This document shows positions 20,794 through 30,125 of a stretch of DNA of 64,000 nt, piece by piece (the first letter of the stretch is position 1; each line of letters begins with the position of its first letter). Made by a program: the position numbers and the translations under genes. The notes beneath the pieces were generated by a model. The model was not told where the DNA came from and did not search any database. It saw only the letters and a program-made list of their open reading frames with translations. The DNA comes from an uncultured bacterium. Its GTDB lineage: Bacteria; Oederibacteriota; PGYV01; Palsa-1178. Location of the stretch: NCBI GenBank assembly GCA_937889595.1, contig CALAOR010000023.1:6614-70613 (forward strand). Direction: 5' to 3'.

Positions 20794-21923
20794 CTCGCCA
20801 CCAACCCCACTGCTTTTTTTGCGGCTCCGATCATTGTTTCCTCAAAGATCAGTTCGGAACCTTTTAGTATTTCCTTTGCTTCAACTGAATTCGTGCCTGT
20901 AAGCCTGACCACTATCGGAAACGGCACCTTAAGCTCTGATATGGCGCTTATCAGGCCCCTTGCCACGTCGTCGCACCTTGTTATGCCGCCGAATATGTTG
21001 AAAAGAGCCACTTTTACGTTCTTATCGCTCATTAAAAGCTGCATGGCATACTTTACTTTTTCAGGGTTCGAACTCCCGCCTATGTCCAGAAAGTTTGCCG
21101 GCTCGCCGCCGTAAAGCTTTATTATGTCCATGGTCGCCATTGACAGTCCCGCGCCGTTCACTATGCATCCGATGTTGCCCTCCATCTTGATGTATGAAAG
21201 GCCTTTTTGTTTTGCCTGGTGCTCGGGCTGCTTTTCAAGCTCTTCCTTTAGCATCGCGTATATTTCCTGCTGCCTGTACATGGCGTTGTCGTCTATATCC
21301 ATTTTTGCGTCCGCAGCTATTACTTTTTTGTCCTTTGTAATAACGAGCGGGTTTATCTCCACGAGGTTTGCGTCGGTTTCAAGGAATATTTTGTAAAGGT
21401 TCCTGATTATCTTTGTTGCATCCGCGCATGCTTCCTTTTCCAGGCCCGCCTGCTTTAAAAACGGCCTGATGTGAAAATCCTTCAGGTCCATAAAGGGGTC
21501 TATGTAGGATTTGTTTATGCTTTCAGGGGACTTTTTTGCCACTTCCTCTATGTCCACGCCGCCCATCACGCTTGATATGAAAACAGCCATATGTTTTGCC
21601 CTGTCCATGGCAAAACTTATGTAATATTCCTTGTCTATGTCTATTGCTTTTTCCACCAGCACCTTTTCAACGGTTAAGCCCTTTAGGTCCATCCCAAGTA
21701 TCGCAGCCGCGGTTTTTTCAGCCTCCGCCTTCCCCTCGGCCAGTTTTACACCGCCTGCTTTTCCCCTGCCGCCCACATGCACCTGGGCCTTTATGACGAC
21801 TTTTCCCGTAAAACCTGCGGCTATCTCAGCCGCTCTTTCAGCCGTAAGGGCCACTTCCCCGTCTGGAACGGGTATTCCGTATTTCCTGAATATTGACTTT
21901 GCCTGGTATTCGTGCAGTTTCAT
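20790..21923 (-). CDS. sucC: Succinyl-CoA synthetase beta subunit
   Basis: [30 protein letters not shown]. Confidence 0.96.
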   Translation of the reverse strand: MKLHEYQAKSIFRKYGIPVPDGEVALTAERAAEIAAGFTGKVVIKAQVHVGGRGKAGGVKLAEGKAEAEKTAAAILGMDLKGLTVEKVLVEKAIDIDKEYYISFAMDRAKHMAVFISSVMGGVDIEEVAKKSPESINKSYIDPFMDLKDFHIRPFLKQAGLEKEACADATKIIRNLYKIFLETDANLVEINPLVITKDKKVIAADAKMDIDDNAMYRQQEIYAMLKEELEKQPEHQAKQKGLSYIKMEGNIGCIVNGAGLSMATMDIIKLYGGEPANFLDIGGSSNPEKVKYAMQLLMSDKNVKVALFNIFGGITRCDDVARGLISAISELKVPFPIVVRLTGTNSVEAKEILKGSELIFEETMIGAAKKAVGLVAR

Positions 21924-22498
21924 TTTAACGCCCCCTGCAATGTTTTTTCTTTTAATTCAATTGCCGCTTTATAGCCTTCCTCAAGCGCCTTTAAGTTCAT
22001 ATCCTCCGTACCTTTAGGAGCCCTTTCGAGCACAGCCTTTTTCATGGCTTCCATGGACACCACATTGGTCAGTGCCACTATCGCGCCAAGGGACACGACG
22101 TTCGCGACTATTTTCTTTCCGCCCTTTTCAATCGCGATCTTAGTCAGCTCCATGGAATAAACTTTGCCCGCCCTCGGCTTGATCTTGGTCACGAAAAAAG
22201 AATCCGTTAAAAGGATGCCGTCTTCTTTTAAACCGGGAATATATTTATCGTACGACTCCTGCGTCATGGACAGCATGAAGTCTGCGTTCCTTACTTTGGG
22301 GAAATCTATTGGTTTATCGCTTATTATGACCTCGCTCCTGCTTGCGCCCCCGCGCGCCTCGGGGCCGTATGACTGCGACTGTGTTGCTTCCTTGCCGTCA
22401 TATATGGAGGCTGCCTCTCCGAGCATTATGCCCGCAAGTATAAGCCCCTGTCCTCCAGATCCGCTCAACCTTAACTCATACTTTTGCAAGGTCTGCAC
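21920..22498 (-). CDS. korC: 2-oxoglutarate:ferredoxin oxidoreductase gamma subunit
   Basis: GSGGQG, SYGPEARGG. Confidence 0.88.
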   Translation of the reverse strand: MQTLQKYELRLSGSGGQGLILAGIMLGEAASIYDGKEATQSQSYGPEARGGASRSEVIISDKPIDFPKVRNADFMLSMTQESYDKYIPGLKEDGILLTDSFFVTKIKPRAGKVYSMELTKIAIEKGGKKIVANVVSLGAIVALTNVVSMEAMKKAVLERAPKGTEDMNLKALEEGYKAAIELKEKTLQGALK

Positions 22499-23315
22499 CC
22501 GCCTTTTCTTTTAGTCTTTCAATGAGTTTTGTGTATTCCGCGGTCAACTCGGGTTTTTCCCTGTTCACAAATTCGCCTACGACGAATTTTCCCGCGAGTT
22601 CCTGCTCGCTCATTGATTCCGCCTGCTTTTTATTTACGGAATTGTCCCTTATCCATTTCATCATATCGGCCGGAGCCGACATTTTATTTCTCCTGCCGAA
22701 GTAAGTCGGGCACTGCGCTATGACATCCACAAATGAAAAACCCTTTTTTAAAAGTGCGTTCTTTACAAGGATGGGTATCATTTTCGCGAGGTAGGTGGTG
22801 GTCCTGGCCACATATGTGGCGCCTGCGGCTTCAACAAGCTTGCACAGGTCGAACGGGCTTTCCATGAAGCCGTACATGGAGGTTGCCGTGATGGAACCCG
22901 TAGGCGTGGTCGGTGAGTATTGTCCGTTTGTCATCCCGTAAGTTGAATTGTTATAACATATGACGGTCAAATCTATATTGCGCCTTGCCGCGTGTATCAG
23001 GTGGTTGCCGCCTATGGCTGAGCAGTCACCGTCGCCGGTTAAAACCACTACATTCAGTTCGGGCCGCGACTGCTTTATGCCCGTTGCAAAGGCTATGGCC
23101 CTTCCGTGGGTCGTATGTATGGTGTCAAAGTCAAGGTATAAAGCCGAACGCGACGAGCAGCCTATCCCCGACACTATAACGGTATTTTTCCGGTCCAAAC
23201 CGGAATTTTTAAAAGCTTCGATAAAACCGTTTAAGACTATTCCATTACCGCAGCCCGGGCACCATATGGTCGGCAGTTTGTCCATCCTGTAATAATCCTC
23301 GTATATTTTGTTCAT
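22476..23315 (-). CDS. korB: 2-oxoglutarate:ferredoxin oxidoreductase beta subunit
   Basis: WCPGCG, SGIGCS, GDGD TPP motif. Confidence 0.9.
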   Translation of the reverse strand: MNKIYEDYYRMDKLPTIWCPGCGNGIVLNGFIEAFKNSGLDRKNTVIVSGIGCSSRSALYLDFDTIHTTHGRAIAFATGIKQSRPELNVVVLTGDGDCSAIGGNHLIHAARRNIDLTVICYNNSTYGMTNGQYSPTTPTGSITATSMYGFMESPFDLCKLVEAAGATYVARTTTYLAKMIPILVKNALLKKGFSFVDVIAQCPTYFGRRNKMSAPADMMKWIRDNSVNKKQAESMSEQELAGKFVVGEFVNREKPELTAEYTKLIERLKEKAGADLAKV

Positions 23316-24448
23316 TTTACAGCCTCCCTGATGCGGTTAAGTATCAATTCCGGTTTGATCAGCTCGCCATTGGCCTGAAACACCGTGAGTAATCTGGATT
23401 TTCCTTTCATCGAACGTTCCACTTCATATACCATCTGGCCCATATTCATTTCAGCCACCACAAAAGCCTTCACCTTTGACGCGTATTGCGTGATGATCTT
23501 TTCCGGGAACGGCCAAAGTGTCTCGGGAACTATAAGCCCCGCCTTTATCCCGTTGGACCTCGCCTCTACAATGGCTGCCATAGCCGAGCGCGCGGTGGAG
23601 CCGTAGGCGAAAACCGCGACTTCAGCATCGTCCATATTATATGTTTTCACGCTTACGATCTTTTCCAGGTTCTTCTCTATTTTGTCCCTGAGCCTGTCCT
23701 GGAGTTTCTGGCACTTTATCGGGTCGCTTGTGGGGAACCCTTCGGTGTCGTGCATCAAACCAGTCGTATTAAACCTGTAGCCATCCCCGAATTTTGCCAT
23801 TGGCGGCACCAGGCCCTCGCTGTCGTCATAAGGCTTGAATTCCCCGGGTTTTTTTGTGGTATATTTTCTCTGAACGGGTTTTATATCGTCCCTTATTTCT
23901 ATTCTTTCCCTCATATGCGCTATAACCTCGTCTGCCGCCAGTATTACAGGCACCCTGAATTCCTCGGACAGTTCAAAGGCTCTTATGGTCAGATCGTACA
24001 TTGACTTTACCGAATCCGGGCAAAGCACTATGATCGGATGGTCCCCGTGGGTGCCCCATTTCGCCTGCATCACGTCGGACTGGGCCGGGGATGTCGGCAG
24101 ACCGGTTGACGGCCCGCCCCGCATTACGTTGACTATCACGCACGGCGCTTCCACAAAAGACGCGTACCCCAGGTTTTCCTGTTTCAGGGAAAATCCCGGC
24201 CCGCTTGTCGCCGTCATTGACATCACTCCCGCAAAAGAAGCGCCTATTACGGCACCCATGCTTGCTATTTCATCTTCCATCTGTATGAACCTGCCGCCGA
24301 TCAGCGGCAGTTTCTCCGCGCACAGTTCGGCCAGCTCGGTCGAAGGCGTGATCGGGTATCCCGCATAGAACTTCAGTCCCGCTGATAAAGCAGCCTCGAC
24401 GCACGCTGCGTTTCCCTGCATGAATTTATTTTCGCCCATCTTCATCAT
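23312..24448 (-). CDS. korA: 2-oxoglutarate:ferredoxin oxidoreductase alpha subunit
   Basis: YPITPSTE, MEDEIA, ATSGPG, RGGPSTG. Confidence 0.9.
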   Translation of the reverse strand: MMKMGENKFMQGNAACVEAALSAGLKFYAGYPITPSTELAELCAEKLPLIGGRFIQMEDEIASMGAVIGASFAGVMSMTATSGPGFSLKQENLGYASFVEAPCVIVNVMRGGPSTGLPTSPAQSDVMQAKWGTHGDHPIIVLCPDSVKSMYDLTIRAFELSEEFRVPVILAADEVIAHMRERIEIRDDIKPVQRKYTTKKPGEFKPYDDSEGLVPPMAKFGDGYRFNTTGLMHDTEGFPTSDPIKCQKLQDRLRDKIEKNLEKIVSVKTYNMDDAEVAVFAYGSTARSAMAAIVEARSNGIKAGLIVPETLWPFPEKIITQYASKVKAFVVAEMNMGQMVYEVERSMKGKSRLLTVFQANGELIKPELILNRIREAVK

Positions 24449-24455
24449 CCTTTTG

Positions 24456-24695
24456 TTAAGGTTTTTTTTCTGTTTCCTTTATCACTTCAATTGCAAGGTC
24501 CGGGCACCTGTCCACGCAGAGGTTGCACGCGGTGCAGGTTTCAATGTCTAATACTATAGGGTACCCGAGTTCGTCTGTGCCGAGCGTTTTTGCGGGGCAA
24601 AAAGCCACGCATATTCCGCAGGCCTTGCAGGCGTCCCTGTAAATGATAACCTCTCTGGCTTTCCTCTTATTTTTAATTTCCGGCATGTTGGCCAC
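24456..24695 (-). CDS. korD: 2x[4Fe-4S] ferredoxin (oxidoreductase delta subunit)
   Basis: CKACGICVAFCP and CTACNLCVDRCP. Confidence 0.85.
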   Translation of the reverse strand: MANMPEIKNKRKAREVIIYRDACKACGICVAFCPAKTLGTDELGYPIVLDIETCTACNLCVDRCPDLAIEVIKETEKKP

Positions 24696-24713
24696 AACTT
24701 TCTTTTGGATTTT

Positions 24714-25985
24714 TTACCGCTTTTCTATGGGTACATACTCCGCAAGCATGGGGCCGGTGTAAACCGCCCTTGGCCTGAAAAGCCTGTTGTCTTTCAGATA
24801 CTCAAGCACCCTTCCGCCCCAGCCCGATATCCTCGAGACCGCGAAAATAACCGAGAACATAGGTATCTCTATCCCCATCGCCTTATAGACAAGGCCGGAA
24901 TAGAAATCAACGTTCGGGAAGATCTTTTTCTCCTTGCCAAGCTCCGCGCAAACAAGATTATTGAGCTTGTTGGCGATATCATAAAGCCTTTTAATTTCCG
25001 GATCGGATGTAAAAACATCCACAAGGGGCCCGAGTATCCTTGCCCTGGGGTCGTATGATTTATAGACCCTGTGCCCGAAACCCATGACCTTCTTTTTTGC
25101 CTCGCGCGCCTTCCTGTACCAGGGCTCCACATTTTCCAGGCTGCCTATCTCCTCCAGCTGGTAAACAACCTGTTCGTTCGCTCCCCCGTGCAGCGGCCCC
25201 TTAAGGGTGCCAATGCCGGTCACTATGGATGAGTACATGTCGGAGAGCGTTGAGTTGGTAACCATCGTGGCGAAAGTTGAGGCGTTCATGCCGTGGTCCG
25301 CGTGCAAAATCAGGCATATATCCATTACGCGCTCCGCGCCTTTGTCAGGTCTCTCGCCGTTGAGCATGTAAATGAAATTGGCCGCGTGGCTTAAAGACGG
25401 GTCCGGTTCTATGGGTTCCTTGCCCGCCCTTATCCTGGCAACAGCCGCAGCGAGAGTAGCCATCTGGGCTATTAGTTTTATCGCCACTTCCGTCTCTGCT
25501 TCCACGGTAAGTGTCTCTGTTGTCTTGTCAAATGTCGAAAGCAGGGATACGCCGATTGAAAGCGAGATCATCGGGTGAGTGTCCAATATGGGGTACTGCT
25601 TCATTATACTGATTATCTTGGAGGGTATGCTTCTGTTTGCGGCAAGTTTTTTCTTAAAATCAGCCAGCTGGTTTACCGTAGGCATTGCCCCGAAAAGGAG
25701 CGCGTACGAAGTTTCCTCGAACGTTGAGTAAAGCGAAAGGTTGAATACGTCGTATCCGCGGTAATTAAGCCAGCCTTTTGCGCCGTTGACATAACCGACT
25801 TTTGTCTCGTTGGTCACGGCATTTTCAAGCCCCCTGCCTATCTCCGCAGTTACGGGCCATTTTACCTCGCCTGTAAGTTTTGGCTCGGGTTCATTTGCAG
25901 TTTCTTCAAAAGCCTTTTTCTTTGCCTGTTCCAGGATTTCGTTGATCTGTGAAGGGGCTACTTTGCTCACGGCTGAAGTACTCAT
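24714..25985 (-). CDS. gltA: Citrate (Si)-synthase
   Basis: HADHGMNAST, GPLHGGAN, GFGHRVY, PNVDFYS. Confidence 0.93.
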   Translation of the reverse strand: MSTSAVSKVAPSQINEILEQAKKKAFEETANEPEPKLTGEVKWPVTAEIGRGLENAVTNETKVGYVNGAKGWLNYRGYDVFNLSLYSTFEETSYALLFGAMPTVNQLADFKKKLAANRSIPSKIISIMKQYPILDTHPMISLSIGVSLLSTFDKTTETLTVEAETEVAIKLIAQMATLAAAVARIRAGKEPIEPDPSLSHAANFIYMLNGERPDKGAERVMDICLILHADHGMNASTFATMVTNSTLSDMYSSIVTGIGTLKGPLHGGANEQVVYQLEEIGSLENVEPWYRKAREAKKKVMGFGHRVYKSYDPRARILGPLVDVFTSDPEIKRLYDIANKLNNLVCAELGKEKKIFPNVDFYSGLVYKAMGIEIPMFSVIFAVSRISGWGGRVLEYLKDNRLFRPRAVYTGPMLAEYVPIEKR

Positions 25986-26016
25986 AAAATACCTCCTGAT
26001 TTTGTTTCAATCCTTG

Positions 26017-26073
26017 AATCCCACTAATACCATGGTTTTAGTAGTATTATACCAGAAAAGCAGCGTTTGTCAA
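26017..26073 (-). promoter_or_regulatory. Sigma70 promoter of the TCA operon with downstream operator-like sites
   Basis: TTGACA(26073-68)-N16-TATAAT(26051-46) with extended TG; overlapped by AATACTACTAAAACCATGGTATT. Confidence 0.7.
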
Positions 26074-26417
26074 ATATATTTTTTGCTAAAATGAAACCCT
26101 GTTCTGTTTAAACCCGGAAAATGCCTATCAGGCCTCAATTTATGGCAATTGGCTTAATAAGGGGTATAATGAACGGCGTAATAAACAAGGATTGAATTGA
26201 CAAAGTTTTTTTGAATGGGCTGCGGGTTATGCAGCGCTTGATACTGCCTGAAACCCCCCGAAATAATGCCGTGTTTTTTCCCGTGTCCGCTGCATGGCAG
26301 TTTTCTTTATGGCCTACCTTAATATAATACAAGAACAACAATCGGCTATGTCATCCAAAGCAATTGCAGCGGCCGACCGTAATGGGCCGATATTTGCAAC
26401 TGGCTTTTAAGCAGCCT

Positions 26418-26825
26418 TTAAACTTGCTTTTTATGCAAAATAAATATTTTTTTTGGATAATTTACCGTCAAAATAAAACTTCCAAGAAAACTTTTTACTC
26501 CCAGGAGCGAAACATGCAGATTCGGCATAAAATCTATAAGCACATTTGAAATAGTTAACCCCTCTATTTTTATATCAACGGTGTGGGAATATGATTCCGC
26601 TATGCCGCTTCCAGTCCTGATTTGCTTGCGCTTTCCTTTTGTGAGATCATGTCCGAGCATACCCGCCAATTCCGCGGGCATGGCGCACTCATCCGCTCCG
26701 GTGTCTATGAGCGCAAGCACAGAAACAAATCTGTCCGTATGAGGGTTTATTAATTCGATTTCAAGGCATGGTCTGGCAATTTGTCCCGGGGAGAGCGTTC
26801 TAAACGGCCTTTGTAGCCGCCACAT
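26418..26825 (-). CDS. Retropepsin-like (clan AA) aspartyl protease
   Basis: ALIDTGAD catalytic motif, LLG..FL; TGATG coupling to the upstream ORF. Confidence 0.8.
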   Translation of the reverse strand: MWRLQRPFRTLSPGQIARPCLEIELINPHTDRFVSVLALIDTGADECAMPAELAGMLGHDLTKGKRKQIRTGSGIAESYSHTVDIKIEGLTISNVLIDFMPNLHVSLLGVKSFLGSFILTVNYPKKIFILHKKQV

Positions 26826-27013
26826 CAGTAAATATGAACCGTGTCCTTTTCAGGGACATATATAAGCAAGGGGTTTTCAAGACCTTTTTTAACAGCCTTT
26901 TGAAAAGTTATTTTAAGGGTTCTACCCGAAGCGATAACCTTGGTGTCTTCCATGTTCTTTACCGCCACATATTGACCTTGATACTTTTTTTCCTTGATTA
27001 ACACCTGTTCCAT
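26825..27013 (-). CDS. Small DUF5678-like protein
   Basis: KYQGQYVAV..KVIASG..A..KG..P...VP pattern; GGAGG RBS. Confidence 0.7.
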   Translation of the reverse strand: MEQVLIKEKKYQGQYVAVKNMEDTKVIASGRTLKITFQKAVKKGLENPLLIYVPEKDTVHIY

Positions 27014-27048
27014 CTGAATCCTCCTTCGATTGCTTACAATCTCTATTT

Positions 27049-27076
27049 ATTATAATCCTAAAAACCGCAATGTCAA
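27049..27076 (-). promoter_or_regulatory. Sigma70 promoter of the DUF5678/protease pair
   Basis: TTGACA-N16-TATAAT. Confidence 0.7.
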
Positions 27077-27237
27077 TAAACCTTTTTCTCAGCAGGATAA
27101 ACACACTTGTCAAGGCGAGGCGACCATTTACTATGTTGTTGAACAAAGCTGCGGGGTTATTTGTGGATTTGTACTGCCGTAACTCCATCAAAATAATGTT
27201 TCATTTTCCTTTGTGTCCGCTTTATAACAGCACCGGT

Positions 27238-28329
27238 TTAAATTAAATCCAGCATCCTGTCAACATCAACATAGGAAGAAACTATATCCACGATTTTTTC
27301 TATCTTTTTCGTGTCTTTGGGCCGGATCTTTACCATCAGATCATGTATCTGGGAGGCTGCCGAATACGTGTCCTGTTTGACAAGATACGTGGGTATCTGG
27401 GTTTTTTCAATTAATTTCATTATCGAGGGGTGCGGCGGGGTCCCTCCGGTCAATATCATGCCCGCGATCTCGCCTTTTTGCTCGCCTAAAGTGTATGAAC
27501 TCATGAGCGCCAGTATGATGTCGTCCCTGGAGCCCGGCGTTATGATAAGCACCCTTTCGCCGAAATAATTCAAGGCCTCGTGCGCCGGCATGGCCCCTAC
27601 TACGATGCTTTTAACCAGCAGGTCCAGCTTGTCTTTGCCCGCGAGCAACTCGCCTTCGATGCTGTCTATTATAAGTTCCATGGTCAGATATGAAAGCATA
27701 GGCACGTAAGGTATAACTCCCAGGGTTTCGATCCCCTTTCTTTTTAAACCCTTCCTGACCGTATTATTTATCCTGTCGAACTTTTCCATTTCAATCTTGT
27801 TCACTACCGCTCCTATGGTTGCAACTCCCTGCACGTCAAAAAAAGTCTTGTTAAGCATTATTTCGTCTATTGGCCCGCCCACGCCGCCGGCTGAAACCAA
27901 CAGGGCTTTTGTATCGAGAAGTTTTGCAACGTCCGCGTTTGAAAGGTCAAAAACAGATCCTACGCCGCTGTGGCCCGTGCCTTCGATCACGACCACGTCT
28001 TTTCCTTTTGATACGATCTCGAACGACTGCATTATCTGGTCCACGAACTGCTGTCCGCCTTCAATCTTCCCTTCTATGTAATTTGTCGTAAAACCCTGGT
28101 TTATGGCGATCGGGCTGGTGTGTTTTATCGGGCAGTCGCACCCGAAAATATTTTCCACAAGCACCGCGTCCTCATCTATCATATCGCCTTTTACGTCTAT
28201 ATAGCGCTGTCCCACCGGTTTTATGAACCCGACTTTCATGTTGCGTTTTATGAAAGCGTTGATCAGGCCGAGGGAAAGCGTGGTTTTTCCCCTGTTCTGC
28301 CTTGTCGCGCCTACAAATATTTTTTTCAT
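27238..28329 (-). CDS. BioD-like P-loop + DRTGG domain protein (Pta N-terminal-like)
   Basis: Start re-called at MKKIFVG; RGKTT, FIKPVG, IEGTGH, ITPGSRDD, ILTGG. Confidence 0.85.
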   Translation of the reverse strand: MKKIFVGATRQNRGKTTLSLGLINAFIKRNMKVGFIKPVGQRYIDVKGDMIDEDAVLVENIFGCDCPIKHTSPIAINQGFTTNYIEGKIEGGQQFVDQIMQSFEIVSKGKDVVVIEGTGHSGVGSVFDLSNADVAKLLDTKALLVSAGGVGGPIDEIMLNKTFFDVQGVATIGAVVNKIEMEKFDRINNTVRKGLKRKGIETLGVIPYVPMLSYLTMELIIDSIEGELLAGKDKLDLLVKSIVVGAMPAHEALNYFGERVLIITPGSRDDIILALMSSYTLGEQKGEIAGMILTGGTPPHPSIMKLIEKTQIPTYLVKQDTYSAASQIHDLMVKIRPKDTKKIEKIVDIVSSYVDVDRMLDLI

Positions 28330-28330
28330 C

Positions 28331-28735
28331 CTATTTTCCTTTTCCGCCTTTTTTTTCAAGCAATGCCGATATGGCCATTATGATATGCGCAGGCTGGTCT
28401 GTCTTGTCAAAAAAAGCGTCCACAGGCAGCCAGTCCGCCTGCCCGGCGTCCTGTTTGAAATCCAGGCCTGTTTTCTCCCCCACCGAGGTGAGCATCACAG
28501 CGGGTATGTGTTTTGTTTCCGGGTTCCTTTTGATCTTTCTTGCCAGGTCAAAACCCGAGTTTTCCTTTTCCAGCATGACATCTATTATTATCAGGTCGGG
28601 TTTTTCGCTTAAAACCGCCTCATATCCGTCCGCGGAATTATGCCTGGATATCACGGTATGCCCCTTGTTTTCAAACAGCACGCTGTAAGCCGCAATTATA
28701 TCCTTGTCGTCCTCAACAAAAAGTATTTTTGCCAT
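28331..28735 (-). CDS. Single-domain response regulator receiver
   Basis: VEDD, DLIIIDVM (Asp acceptor), MLTS. Confidence 0.88.
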   Translation of the reverse strand: MAKILFVEDDKDIIAAYSVLFENKGHTVISRHNSADGYEAVLSEKPDLIIIDVMLEKENSGFDLARKIKRNPETKHIPAVMLTSVGEKTGLDFKQDAGQADWLPVDAFFDKTDQPAHIIMAISALLEKKGGKGK

Positions 28736-28752
28736 TTCACACCTCTTAAATT

Positions 28753-29178
28753 TTAGGGGTTTTTTCCGCCGCAGTATTTTTTTACAAGGTCTTCAAGGGT
28801 CGCCTTGCTGAAGATATCATGGATTATTTTTGAGTAATCGTCCCACAATTTTTTCGCCCTGCATTTGCCGCTCCTGTCGCACGAGTCGGGATTATCAACG
28901 CAGTCAACCAGGGTAAGCGGGCCCTCCGCGGCCTCCAGGATATCGCTGAACAGTATTTCCGACGGCTTTTTCGCCAGTGCCATGCCTCCGCCTTTTCCCT
29001 TGTAACTGCTGACCAGCCCGTATGAAACCAGCATCCTCATTATCGACTCAAGATATTTTATGGAAATATCCTGGTCATCGGAAATTTCTTTCAGGATGAC
29101 CATGTCCTTCCTGTCATTGTTTGCGGCAAGGTACATCATGGCCCTTAACGCGTACCTGCCTCTTGTGGATACCTTCAT
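28753..29178 (-). CDS. Rrf2 family transcriptional regulator (3-Cys, IscR/CymR-like)
   Basis: MKVSTRGRYALR, YLESI..L, GKGGG, C-x5-C-x5-C. Confidence 0.92.
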   Translation of the reverse strand: MKVSTRGRYALRAMMYLAANNDRKDMVILKEISDDQDISIKYLESIMRMLVSYGLVSSYKGKGGGMALAKKPSEILFSDILEAAEGPLTLVDCVDNPDSCDRSGKCRAKKLWDDYSKIIHDIFSKATLEDLVKKYCGGKNP

Positions 29179-29237
29179 TTTTAACTCCTCTGCCTTTACT
29201 GTAAATCACGCGCATATTTCTTATGACGATATCATTT

Positions 29238-29281
29238 ATTCCAACTTATTATATAGTATATTAAGTATGACGGTTTGTCAA
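29238..29281 (-). promoter_or_regulatory. Sigma70 promoter of rrf2 with overlapping operator-like site
   Basis: TTGACA-N17-TACTAT; TATACTATATAATAAGTTGGAAT overlaps the -10. Confidence 0.6.
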
Positions 29282-29363
29282 TATTTTGAATTTTTCTGAA
29301 AATTCTTTTAATTTATTGATCCAAGAAACTGGAGTTGAATATTTAATCCAACAACGCCCCAAA

Positions 29364-30014
29364 TTATTTAAAAACTTCCCCGGTTTCTTTGGCCCAGAGT
29401 ATCAGGTCCAGCGCTGCCATAGGGATTTTCGATTTTTTGGCGAATTTTTTCATATCCTGCTCTATCTTATAATATAGCTTTGGTGTTATGGACTTTGGGA
29501 CGCTTTTTATCACGCCTATCTTCGCCAGATTACGGAGTATGTGGCGGTCCAGTATGGCTATGTCACTACCGAAACCCACGTTGCGCATGAAGTGGCCCGT
29601 TTCTTTTAAGCCATAGCCTTTGATGTTCTTATGGAACCAGTCCCTCATCTCATACACATCCTTGAACGTCCTCATGAAAGCCTTTATGTTTGCCCTGCCG
29701 TTTTTCACGAACTTGTCGCGCGCTTCCACAAAATATTTTGCCTTTTTGTATTTAAAACGCGGGTATTTGAGTTCGGCAAGTATCTGCTTTTCATTGCCGG
29801 TTAAAAGCAGGCCCTTGTCTATTATGGATACCATACACGACCAGCAGCCTTTGGCTTTTGACTGCGGCGTTAATATGCAGAACAGCAGTTCGGCCAGCAC
29901 GTCTTCTTCCGAACCCGTCTCCCACTTAGCGCGGTAGCTTTTCAAAGCGCGTTGTATGTCTTCGTATTTGTCTTTGTAAACCTGTCTAATTTCTTTTAAT
30001 GTTTCGTTTTTCAT
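29364..30014 (-). CDS. ogg: 8-oxoguanine DNA glycosylase/AP lyase (Ogg2 type)
   Basis: ELLFCILTPQS, HhH GYGLKETGHFMRNVG, AILDRHIL, terminal Lys. Confidence 0.85.
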   Translation of the reverse strand: MKNETLKEIRQVYKDKYEDIQRALKSYRAKWETGSEEDVLAELLFCILTPQSKAKGCWSCMVSIIDKGLLLTGNEKQILAELKYPRFKYKKAKYFVEARDKFVKNGRANIKAFMRTFKDVYEMRDWFHKNIKGYGLKETGHFMRNVGFGSDIAILDRHILRNLAKIGVIKSVPKSITPKLYYKIEQDMKKFAKKSKIPMAALDLILWAKETGEVFK

Positions 30015-30050
30015 TGCTTATCCTTTTCATATGCATTAGTCTCATATATC

Positions 30051-30103
30051 GATACTGCCGGAAAAGTCCACAAGGGGCGGGCAGCATGATATGCTGCCCC
30101 TAC
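30051..30103. repeat. Solo MITE terminus next to a GTAG-REP
   Basis: GATACTGCCGGAAAAGTCC matches the MITE ends; GGGCAGCAT-GAT-ATGCTGCCC-CTAC at 30079-30103. Confidence 0.6.
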
Positions 30104-30125
30104 AAATACAGGCAGCTAATTGAGA

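Noticed and set aside
26135-26341. 68-aa minus-strand ORF upstream of gltA
   Set aside because: No RBS or recognisable motif.
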